Below, in pieces: positions 20,101 through 27,814 of a DNA stretch of 64,000 nucleotides (positions are counted from its first letter, which is position 1; the number at the start of each line of letters is the position of its first letter). Source of the DNA: Bacteroidota bacterium (GTDB lineage Bacteria > Bacteroidota > Bacteroidia > 2-12-FULL-35-15). The DNA is taken from NCBI GenBank assembly GCA_947504725.1, contig CANNHN010000004.1, forward strand, positions 21,090 through 85,089, given 5' to 3'. The notes beneath the pieces are model-generated. The model saw only the letters and a list, made by a program, of their open reading frames with translations. It was not told the origin of the DNA and made no database searches. A program made the translations under genes and the position numbers.

Positions 20101-22454
20101 TCTGTATGATTAAAAATAAGTCTTGCTTTATTATATATGTTTTCTACTGGCTGTCCTTTTTCATTGATCCGGATAAGTGTTTTTCCGCTTTTGTCTCTTA
20201 CTTTACCTGCGTAGCCGTAATTAATAAAATCATCATTATATTCAACAATCGAGGCGATAGGTTCCGGAGTATAACTTTGAATATTTTCTACATACAGTTG
20301 AGCTTTTTTCGCTTGAGGATAAAGCGGAAATGCTCTTTCATTAAAAATGGAACTTTGGCCAACAGCAATCTCAGCGTCAGTAGGAATCAGCACCGTTCCA
20401 GTTTCGGTCTTTACAGAACGTGTAGGTTCCAAACAAATACTGAAATAGTATTCCAGGAAATCGGTTTTGGCTATGTTGGTTTTATTTGGTACAGAACCTT
20501 TTATTTCAGGGTCGGTTGGAATAAAGTCAGGAGTAAAGGCTATGCTCTGATCAATGAATCTGATAGCTCTTCTATCGAATTTCTGGTTTATAAAACCAAG
20601 TTTACTGTCGCTGTATAGATTCTCATAGATTTTTTGTTCCCCGGTTTGACATTCAATGATTTTTTTTCTGATAAAAAGAAAAGTGCTTGAAAATTTGATC
20701 TCCTTATCATTCCAATCAAAACCAATAAAATCTAGATAACAGTCATTGTCTGCATCCTTTATCTGATTTTCTTTTACCGGCCAAAAAAAAGTTGCACAAT
20801 CGCAACCTGGTGCTGCATAGCTACGGGCCTCCGGATCTGTCGAGTTTATGCGGGGAGTTATAAAAGTTACCGATTTGACTTTTTTAAACGGCCATCGTTT
20901 ATAATTTGTGTGCCAGTTTTTTTTCTGATCGGTATAAGGGTGCTCTGGAAGATAATCCTTTATAGCCCATATAACCGAATCTCTGTAAGTATTGTCCGTT
21001 TCTTTATCAAGAAGATCAATGCTATGAATAATTGCATCCGGCTTTGGAGGTTTTCTGTTATCATTATAAGTATAATAAACCGGAGGGTATTTTCTCGCGT
21101 GAATATAATTTTGAGGCTCTTTAGGATTGAGGTCTCCGGGTATAAATAAGTTATTGTCGAAATACGTGAGTTCTTTCTGTATGATCTCAATGTATTCATA
21201 GAATTCCATATAACTGATCCCGTTCCTGATTTTCCTTTCTCCAATATAAACGTGTAAAGCTTTTTGACCTGTTACGGAAATAACACCGATCCTTGCTACT
21301 TTTATATATTCATCACGGCCCATTGTTATGTGATGTTCATATTCTGCAAGATCTGTCCCGTCAGGAGGACTGAAATTTTTATAATGAAGTTTTGTTATGG
21401 CTCCAAGTCCTGTAAATGTTAATCCTTTTGTTTCTATGTTCCATTCATTATCTGAATTAAGGTTTCTACCCAGGCTGGTTAAAAAAACAAGTTCGTTCTT
21501 ATCAAGTAGAGTAGGAAGATATGTTATCTCTTCAACAGGACATTCGCCATCATCTCTCAGACCCTCCTTGACGCCCCGAGGGAGAAAACCGACAGCCCTC
21601 AAAGAAGGACTTTTGATGCCATCCGCGGTTTCGAAAAACATTTGTGCCGACCAGATTTCTTCAACTGTTCGCGTCACTTTTCTATTTGCATTATTATATA
21701 AAAACCTTTTTTTGGGAATCCTATACGTTTCCATATAGGTTCTTGTGCCTTCTTTGTTATAAGGGGATAATAATAATCCTTCAGGTATTTCAAGAAGGGT
21801 CATCGGATAATTACCGCCCTTAAATAATTTTTCGCAGATCGATTGGTAGAGCTTAATGATATAGCCTTTGGTTGGTTTTTTGTCGACATCCACAATCCTT
21901 GCCTCATCTCCTTTTTCAAAGTCAGACCACTTCTGTTTTTTAAATTTTATATAATCTGCTTCATTTGGAATTATAAGCTTATAGTATAATGGATTATTCC
22001 AGGCTAATAAATTTTCTATTTTGCTTAGATCAATGTATGTGATCTTTTTACCTTTAGGGGTGGGTTTAACAGCGGGAGGGAAAAGTTCGAAAGCTAAAAA
22101 GGAAAAGCCTGAGATTTCGGATGTTGTTCTTTTATTTGTATTTAAATATTCAGACTCAAACTTTGCATTTCTCAATAGCAATTCCGAAATATGCTGTTGT
22201 GGAAGCTTAACTATCATATAGCTTTTTGAATTGATATCAGACTTTACGATACAGTCAACTTTAATTTCCGCATTAATAAAATAGAAATGTAAATTGGTCA
22301 GATTGTTATCAAAATAATGAAAATCAGTTGAGATCATTGCTTCGTCAAGAGCATCCGGCAGAATATTCAAAAGCTTTGATAATGCATCAATAGTTGGAAG
22401 GGATGCAAAAGCAGTAAAAAGCATTTTTTGAGCAAATGAACGTCTTGATTCCAT
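17130..22454 (-). CDS. Giant hypothetical protein (1774 aa): Tat-like N-terminus, central helical/coiled-coil region, amphipathic beta-strand C-terminus
   Basis: Starts MESRRSFAQK; K/E/I/L-rich helical stretch at about aa 900-1400; Gly/aromatic alternating strands in the last ~300 aa. Confidence 0.85.
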   Translation of the reverse strand: MESRRSFAQKMLFTAFASLPTIDALSKLLNILPDALDEAMISTDFHYFDNNLTNLHFYFINAEIKVDCIVKSDINSKSYMIVKLPQQHISELLLRNAKFESEYLNTNKRTTSEISGFSFLAFELFPPAVKPTPKGKKITYIDLSKIENLLAWNNPLYYKLIIPNEADYIKFKKQKWSDFEKGDEARIVDVDKKPTKGYIIKLYQSICEKLFKGGNYPMTLLEIPEGLLLSPYNKEGTRTYMETYRIPKKRFLYNNANRKVTRTVEEIWSAQMFFETADGIKSPSLRAVGFLPRGVKEGLRDDGECPVEEITYLPTLLDKNELVFLTSLGRNLNSDNEWNIETKGLTFTGLGAITKLHYKNFSPPDGTDLAEYEHHITMGRDEYIKVARIGVISVTGQKALHVYIGERKIRNGISYMEFYEYIEIIQKELTYFDNNLFIPGDLNPKEPQNYIHARKYPPVYYTYNDNRKPPKPDAIIHSIDLLDKETDNTYRDSVIWAIKDYLPEHPYTDQKKNWHTNYKRWPFKKVKSVTFITPRINSTDPEARSYAAPGCDCATFFWPVKENQIKDADNDCYLDFIGFDWNDKEIKFSSTFLFIRKKIIECQTGEQKIYENLYSDSKLGFINQKFDRRAIRFIDQSIAFTPDFIPTDPEIKGSVPNKTNIAKTDFLEYYFSICLEPTRSVKTETGTVLIPTDAEIAVGQSSIFNERAFPLYPQAKKAQLYVENIQSYTPEPIASIVEYNDDFINYGYAGKVRDKSGKTLIRINEKGQPVENIYNKARLIFNHTDSFIKKGETVLENINGKWQEKADSGYKKIKEAFGGAGETIGGMVNPDFDIQSIGLVKQSIAVGKDINKKYENAVNIVDEIKEFNPSDLLRQAPEIFNGISLLDILQEVFPDYEAPLNEIKNISSKIEAIRDEFLNNSIYLEIEGDLRTINDTIKNYLDDIEAISNTIATYQNTLKEYKDKFNIGYLASEIEKLVESAVSKHKIRFLQVQNEIVTFGTTQMNEIVNYFAAELISRTEAIYPYYQALKDAKDSFDTLAKTPNLGPETKTLINNFVKNFLNDDQILINLAAPSKDKIIREYSQIHLSISNKVTSFYTLYKKYSEDIGKEVTAYNLYIQQQTSVNYNKYLAIKKTALDSKEKYDQEIEKIQSAKSDVFKLLTELKKYPTDFALIKEYEPAIVSVQKSVFKLTEILETINLPYYINMYDKAMKDINTFKSKLKPNEFLLGNAIDSIINRVEHKDFIASVQNERKKLEAFYLEEIQITPTLKKLKYDILKDNFDTLVLESKTSIAAYTKSIGVDRIEEIMKIPQNGFKDFKEQIRIKEDELKAEIQKQIKALKIFEEFTKNQIAAGKNIVELVIQKVKDKENELLNDPDNKALIDAVIKGKELYNILSSLSKKEINYNWQTSSFKNADFGIVSFLASENPKTSLSVKVKNTIFFQPNKFPAVISKVESSAENRLNNFGISLLKAIIINFNEVSFVAGTNQKSKFEVKIRDVQFAGAFSFVQALEALFKKLLGDNFSVRISPQNVEIQYLLPIAYAGAPSFGFKDILFKIVYTLYFDKKPMELGVGIGTPENRTKLSVGIYTGLFYFIVIGNPKEGITTIEVSIEFGGYFGLNLGPLRGEVKLVVGLYYKKDRTGVVIEGYFLCEGRVKLWFIMITARFYMGVRSQGAYVEGRCTVSYEIRLGRFFKRSFSATYYKKLAGATPGNSQSGSMLLAVQKYNTLKLLSAEDVHDKTKYSAVLKTITNPVERKVKPLTRLQWEIFINSYID

Positions 22455-22677
22455 AAATTATTCTCTAAAATTGTTTGTATAAAAATTGTTTTGCTTCTTC
22501 AAATAGGGAATCATTCAAACTACCCCAATGAAAATACTGATGTTTTCATGCGATTAAAATAATATTTGAGGGAGTAGCTCGGAGCGAAAATATATATTGT
22601 TTCAAGAAAAGCAAAGGCTGGTTACTTCCCGATACAAAATCTACAAAATATCCTATACAATAAGTCATCATTCAATA

Positions 22678-22721
22678 TTCCGGTTTTTCTGAAAGTAAAA
22701 CTACGTTGTATCGTAGGTGTA
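22678..22721. repeat. Right copy of 44-bp inverted repeat (partner at 11144-11187)
   Basis: TTCCGGTTTTTCTGAAAGTAAAACTACGTTGTATCGTAGGTGTA. Confidence 0.9.
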
Positions 22722-22754
22722 CCAAATGTAGTGAAATTTAACAGGGGAGGAAAG

Positions 22755-23162
22755 TTATTTCAAAAACTCCAGCACTTTTTCCGGTGGCCTGCCTATAATG
22801 GCTTTCTTCCCTTTAACAACAATAGGGCGCTCAATAAGAATAGGGTTTTGAGCCATAGCTTTTATCCATTGCGCTTCAGTTAAATTCTTTCCTTCATACT
22901 TTTCCAAAAATATTGGCTCTTTCTTTCGCACTAAATCTACAGCTTTCAATCCAAGCATTTTTAAAAGCTCTTTTATTTCAGCTTGAGTAAGTGGTGTTTT
23001 TAAATATTCAACAATCTCGGTTTTAACTTTCTTTTTTTCTAAGATAGTACAAACGTCTCTGCTTTTGGAGCAACGGGTGTTGTGGTATAACCTCACCCCG
23101 GCCCTCTCCAAAGGAGAGAGAGTTGTCTCCGTTTTTGTTTTAGTAGTTTTTGTCTTTATCAT
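22755..23162 (-). CDS. arsC: ArsC/Spx-family (glutaredoxin-type arsenate reductase) protein
   Basis: YHNTRCSKSR, EYLKTP, NPILIERPIV, IGRPPE; N-terminal extension partly encoded by a palindromic repeat. Confidence 0.9.
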   Translation of the reverse strand: MIKTKTTKTKTETTLSPLERAGVRLYHNTRCSKSRDVCTILEKKKVKTEIVEYLKTPLTQAEIKELLKMLGLKAVDLVRKKEPIFLEKYEGKNLTEAQWIKAMAQNPILIERPIVVKGKKAIIGRPPEKVLEFLK

Positions 23163-23221
23163 GTTTTCAATTTTTTGTTTCGGAGTAATCCCCTTTCCTT
23201 TGGAGAGGTTTAGGGGCGAGG
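23091..23221. repeat. REPIN-like inverted pair straddling the arsC start
   Basis: CCTCACCCCGGCCCTCTCCAAAGGAGAGAG (23091-23120) and CCCCTTTCCTTTGGAGAGGTTTAGGGGCGAGG (23190-23221). Confidence 0.8.
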
Positions 23222-23222
23222 T

Positions 23223-24312
23223 CTACGAATTACCATACTCCATCAAATAAGCTTTTATAAAGTCTTTTAAATCGCCATCCATTACGGCTTGAATGTTTGA
23301 TGTTTCGTGTCCAGTTCTTACATCTTTAATTAACTTATACGGATGAAAAACATAGTTTCGAATTTGTGAACCCCATTCAATTTTCTTTTTATTTCCTTCA
23401 ATTACATTTATTGCTTCACGTTGTTTTCTTAATTCAATTTCAAACAATTGTGATTTTAATAATTTGATTGCATTTTCTTTATTCTGCAATTGTGAACGTG
23501 ATTCTTGATTTTTAATGATGATTCCAGAAGGCTTGTGATACAAGCGCACTGCTGTTTCTACCTTGTTTACATTTTGTCCGCCTGCACCGCCAGCTCTAAA
23601 TGTTTCAAATTCTAAATCACCAGGATTCACATCAATTTCAATTGTATCATCAATTAATGGATATGCATAAACAGAAGCAAAAGAAGTATGACGTTTAGCA
23701 TTTGAATCGAAAGGAGAAATACGCACCAAACGATGAACTCCGTTTTCACCTTTTAAATATCCGAAAGCATAATCGCCTTCAAATTCTAAAGTAACAGATT
23801 TTATTCCTGCTGCATCACCATCTGTTCTATCTGTTTCTTTTACTTTATAGCCATTTTTACTCCCCCACATCATGTACATACGCATGAGCATTTCTGCCCA
23901 ATCACAACTTTCAGTTCCACCAGCTCCGGCATTTATTTGTACAACACAACTTAAAATATCCTCTTTTCCGCTGAGCATATTTTTGAATTCAATTTCTTCC
24001 AACAATTGAATGGTTGTTTGATATTGTTGTTCAACATCTTGCTCAGTTGCTTCACCTTGCTTAAAATAATCATACAGCAAAGCAAGGTCATCCACATTGC
24101 TTTGTGCTTTAGCAAATGACAGGGTCCAATTCTTTTTTAATTTGGTTTGTTTTAGCAGTTCTTCTGCTTTTTTTGGGTCGTCCCAGAAATTCGGTGCGAG
24201 TGCTTTCTCTTCTTCTTCAGCTATTTCGCGAAGCTTACGATCGATGTCAAAGATGCCCCCTTAACGCACTGGTGCGCTCCCGAAGGTCTTTTAGTTGGTC
24301 TGTAGTAATCAT
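23223..24312 (-). CDS. prfB: Peptide chain release factor 2, with programmed +1 frameshift
   Basis: ATG 24312 [21 protein letters not shown], then CTT TGA C (24252-24246) preceded by AGGGGG; the +1 frame continues [13 protein letters not shown] into the ORF carrying SPF and GGQ motifs. Confidence 0.97.
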
Positions 24313-24366
24313 AGTGCGAAGTTAATAAATATTGGGAATTTGAGAGAGAAATAAGAGTATTTTTGT

Positions 24367-24390
24367 ACTTCGACTTCGCTCAGTAAGACA
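24367..24390 (-). repeat. Single REP-like unit (TGTC..CTGAGCGAAGTCGAAG type)
   Basis: Reverse complement TGTCTTACTGAGCGAAGTCGAAGT resembles 35785-35809. Confidence 0.55.
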
Positions 24391-24412
24391 AGCAAGGAAT
24401 AAAGGATTTTAT

Positions 24413-24889
24413 ATGAAGCCTACTAAATATTTTAGAACAACAACCGGAGAATATTGCCATATCAGTGATGATACCGTTTTTATATTCAATACTAAAGAAC
24501 CAACTCGTATTCCTTTAGAACATGAAGTAAGCGATGCTTGGGGAATTAAGAGTGTGTTGAATTATATTTTCTTTGCTTTTATTCTTTTCTATACCATGTT
24601 TTCACTTTCTTATTATGGGGTAAATTTCTTTAAGCATATTCTTAATTACGGAGCGTTACTTTTATTAGTCCTTTCGTTTATTCAAATAAAAGAAGCATTT
24701 GTGAGTAGTAGCACACCAACTATTAAAAGAAATAAAATAAAAAATGTACATTTTAAAACTCCCATGTTTTCTTACCCGCGAGTTTTGATTTATTTTGAAG
24801 GACCGGAAGGAAAAATTTTACGAAGAAGCATTTCTGTAAAGTATAAACAGGAGGGGTTGGCGGTTTTGAAAGAAACAGGATTAGATTAA
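24413..24889 (+). CDS. Hypothetical membrane protein (2 TM)
   Basis: 158-aa ORF with two hydrophobic segments. Confidence 0.7.
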   Translation: MKPTKYFRTTTGEYCHISDDTVFIFNTKEPTRIPLEHEVSDAWGIKSVLNYIFFAFILFYTMFSLSYYGVNFFKHILNYGALLLLVLSFIQIKEAFVSSSTPTIKRNKIKNVHFKTPMFSYPRVLIYFEGPEGKILRRSISVKYKQEGLAVLKETGLD

Positions 24890-24954
24890 AGTTAGAAAGT
24901 TCAAAGTTGAACTATGCTAATTAACAAACACAGAACTTTCCAACTTTGAACTTC

Positions 24955-25443
24955 CTAACTTTCTAACTGCTTTAGCACGTCCCAAATCAAATCTCCTTCA
25001 AATCCTCTTGACATTGCATACTGTGCTGCTTTGTAATTCCTTACTTGCTGTTTGCCTTTTGGATTTTCTTTTAATTTCTTTGTAAGAATATCTTTTAGTG
25101 TTTTAATATAATCGATATCGTCAATTTCCTGCATCGCTTTTTTTATACAATAGTCTGATATTTTTCTCCTTTTTAATTCTATTTTAATTTTTATTCTTCC
25201 CCATTTTTTTATTCTGAATTTTCCACCAGCATAAGCTTTTGCAAATCGTTCTTCATTTAAAAAATTGTCAGAAATTAAATTGGCGATAATATTTTCGACA
25301 TCGTTACTATATAAACCCCATTCATAGAGTTTGTCTCGCATTTCTTGCTGGCAACGTTCTTGATAAGCACAGGAATTCTGTGCTTTGACCGTTGCCTGGT
25401 TGGGTGTGAGTTTTTTCTTGGGTTTTTTATCGTCCTCGTACAT
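24955..25443 (-). CDS. recX: RecX-family regulator
   Basis: CAYQERCQQE, FLNEERFA, KWGRIKI, SRGF. Confidence 0.92.
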   Translation of the reverse strand: MYEDDKKPKKKLTPNQATVKAQNSCAYQERCQQEMRDKLYEWGLYSNDVENIIANLISDNFLNEERFAKAYAGGKFRIKKWGRIKIKIELKRRKISDYCIKKAMQEIDDIDYIKTLKDILTKKLKENPKGKQQVRNYKAAQYAMSRGFEGDLIWDVLKQLES

Positions 25444-25480
25444 ATTTACCTAATCACTTTCAAAATCTTGTAGACTTCTG

Positions 25481-25843
25481 TTACTTCAAAAAGATAAGCA
25501 ACAACGCAACCAACGGAAGAAACCCTTGAAACATAAATATTTTCTTATCTGCAGTTAGTGCCCCATAAATTCCAGCAACCAAAACGCATCCTAGAAAAAA
25601 AATAGAAATATTTTCTGACCACATATCATTTTTGATTATCAACGACCAAATTAATCCAGCCGCTAAAAATCCATTGTACAAGCCTTGATTGGCAGCTAAT
25701 GCTTTAGTTGGTTCAAATAAGTGTTCTGGAAAATTTTTGAATGTTTTTTTTCCTCTTGTTGTCCATGCAAACATTTCTAACCACAAAATATATATGTGAA
25801 TGATTGCTACTAATCCGATTATGATTTTGATTACGATTGTCAT
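25481..25843 (-). CDS. DUF1304-type membrane protein
   Basis: HIYILWLEMF and LAANQGLYNGFLAAGL signature. Confidence 0.88.
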   Translation of the reverse strand: MTIVIKIIIGLVAIIHIYILWLEMFAWTTRGKKTFKNFPEHLFEPTKALAANQGLYNGFLAAGLIWSLIIKNDMWSENISIFFLGCVLVAGIYGALTADKKIFMFQGFLPLVALLLIFLK

Positions 25844-25846
25844 TTT

Positions 25847-27736
25847 TTACTTCTTAAGAATCGGCAACAAAATGCTAGATGCATTGGTTGCATCATGATA
25901 AATCTTAATAGTCGATTTAATAAAATCTTTTTCATCACAATGATAGATGTCTAAGAATTGTTGTGGATTTCTATCTACTAGTGGAAACCAAGAGCTTTGT
26001 ATTTGAATCATCAACTTGTGTCCTTTCTGAAATGTATGAGCTACATCGGGCAATTCAAAACTAACTTCTGTTACTTTTCCTGGAACAAAAGGCTCTGGAT
26101 TTTTCCCAATCGAATCTCCAGGGATAAAACTATTTCTGAATTTTCCTCTTAATACTTCTCCGCGAACCAACATTTGGTAACCGCCCATTGGATATTTATC
26201 GTTTTCCGAATATTTAAAATCATTTGGAAAAACATCAATCAGTTTTACAACAAAATCGGCATCCGTTGTAGAAATGCTAGCTAGTAAGTTTGCTATAACT
26301 GGACCTGCCAATGTAATATCTTCAGTTAAAATTTCAGTTGAAAAAACCAAAACATCTGTTCTGCGTGCAGCAAAACGTTGGTCGTCTATCATGTATTCAC
26401 GCGTGCGGTGTAAATGTACATCTTCTGTATATGGAACTGGTTTCGCAGGATCACTCACATAATCTGTAAAACTATTCGCTGTTGTTGATTTTGTAAACGA
26501 CAAGCCACCATTTTCTTTTAAATAAATAGGTTTTGTTTCCACATTTTTTGGTGGCCATTCCGTAAATGTTGACCATTTATTTTCTCCTGAAATAAATATT
26601 GTTGCCTCAGCAATTTTGCTTGCATCGCCTTCACCTTTTAAATAATAATTAAAAAAAGGCATTTCAATATTTTTATAATAGTATTCTGAATTTCCTTTTC
26701 CGAATTGGATGTTCCCTAAATAACTTCCATCTGTTTTTGCCCATCCACCGTGAACCCAAGGACCCATTACAATTTTGTTATTTGTTTTTGGACTGTTCTT
26801 TTCAATTACTTTATATGTGTTCCAAGCTCCCCAAACGTCTTCTGCATCAAACAGTCCACCCGTTGTTAAAATTGCTGGTTTAATATCTTTTAAATGATAG
26901 GTAACAGCTCTCGCTTTCCAAAATGCATCGTAATTTCCATGATTCATTTCTTCGTTCCAAAATTTCATGGAGTCACCCATGTATAATTTGGTTAAGTTTT
27001 TTAATGTTCCAACTTTTAAAAAGAAATCATAATTATCAGGAGTAGGATATTTAAAATCAGGACCATCTTTAGTAGTTGGTTTTGGGCGTGGAACACCGAA
27101 TGAATAGTCGAAATCAAAATCATCCATTACAAAAAATGCACCTTTGTGGTGAACGTCATCTCCAATGAACCAATCAGTAACAGGGGCTTGCGGCCCTACA
27201 GCTTTTAATGCTGGATGTCCACTTAATGCAGCCATCGTTGAATAAAATCCAGGATAGGAAATTCCACTTACTCCTACATTTCCATTATTAGTAGGAATGT
27301 TTTTTATCATCCAATCAATTGCATCGTACGTATCACTTGCTTCGTCAACATCTTTTTTAGATTTTTTATTTGGGTTGAACGGACGAACATCTTCGTATAC
27401 ACCTTCACTCATATACGCACCACGTACATCCTGTAGCACTACAATATAATTCTGCTTAAAATATTCTTTAGTATTTCTTGTCCAGAATGCTCTAAATTTA
27501 TTTTCTCCATAAGGGGCACATGAGTATGGTGAGCGCGTCATCATAATCGGATACTTTTTTGAAGCATCTTTTGGAATATAAATAGCAGTAAACAACTTTA
27601 CTCCGTCACGCATTGGGATGCTGCGCTCAATCTTGTAATAGTTGGTCACAATGTATACAGAATCGGGGTTAGTAACTTGTGCGTGGATTGTACTAAATAG
27701 AAATAGTACTAGTATTATTGCGATAGTTTTATTCAT
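25847..27736 (-). CDS. CocE/NonD-family serine hydrolase, secreted
   Basis: PMRDGVKL, QDVRG..SEG, GISYPG nucleophile, GPWVHG; signal peptide from ATG 27736. Confidence 0.92.
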   Translation of the reverse strand: MNKTIAIILVLFLFSTIHAQVTNPDSVYIVTNYYKIERSIPMRDGVKLFTAIYIPKDASKKYPIMMTRSPYSCAPYGENKFRAFWTRNTKEYFKQNYIVVLQDVRGAYMSEGVYEDVRPFNPNKKSKKDVDEASDTYDAIDWMIKNIPTNNGNVGVSGISYPGFYSTMAALSGHPALKAVGPQAPVTDWFIGDDVHHKGAFFVMDDFDFDYSFGVPRPKPTTKDGPDFKYPTPDNYDFFLKVGTLKNLTKLYMGDSMKFWNEEMNHGNYDAFWKARAVTYHLKDIKPAILTTGGLFDAEDVWGAWNTYKVIEKNSPKTNNKIVMGPWVHGGWAKTDGSYLGNIQFGKGNSEYYYKNIEMPFFNYYLKGEGDASKIAEATIFISGENKWSTFTEWPPKNVETKPIYLKENGGLSFTKSTTANSFTDYVSDPAKPVPYTEDVHLHRTREYMIDDQRFAARRTDVLVFSTEILTEDITLAGPVIANLLASISTTDADFVVKLIDVFPNDFKYSENDKYPMGGYQMLVRGEVLRGKFRNSFIPGDSIGKNPEPFVPGKVTEVSFELPDVAHTFQKGHKLMIQIQSSWFPLVDRNPQQFLDIYHCDEKDFIKSTIKIYHDATNASSILLPILKK

Positions 27737-27773
27737 TGTGTTTAACTTAATTAATATAAAGTTGACTAAAACC

Positions 27774-27804
27774 AAAAACGCCTCAATTTCTCAAGGCGTT
27801 TTTT
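27774..27804 (-). terminator. Intrinsic terminator after the RNase E/G gene
   Basis: AAAAACGCCT-loop-AGGCGTTTTTT. Confidence 0.7.
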
Positions 27805-27814
27805 AGTTTAATTT

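Noticed and set aside
19950-20618. 222-aa plus-strand ORF and other antisense ORFs over the giant genes
   Set aside because: Shadow frames of a long minus-strand CDS; composition is Phe/Ile/Cys-skewed with no motifs.
11226-22454. Prophage, eCIS or T6SS interpretation based on the lysozyme
   Set aside because: No recognisable holin, capsid, terminase, sheath, tube, baseplate, VgrG or RHS motifs in the window.
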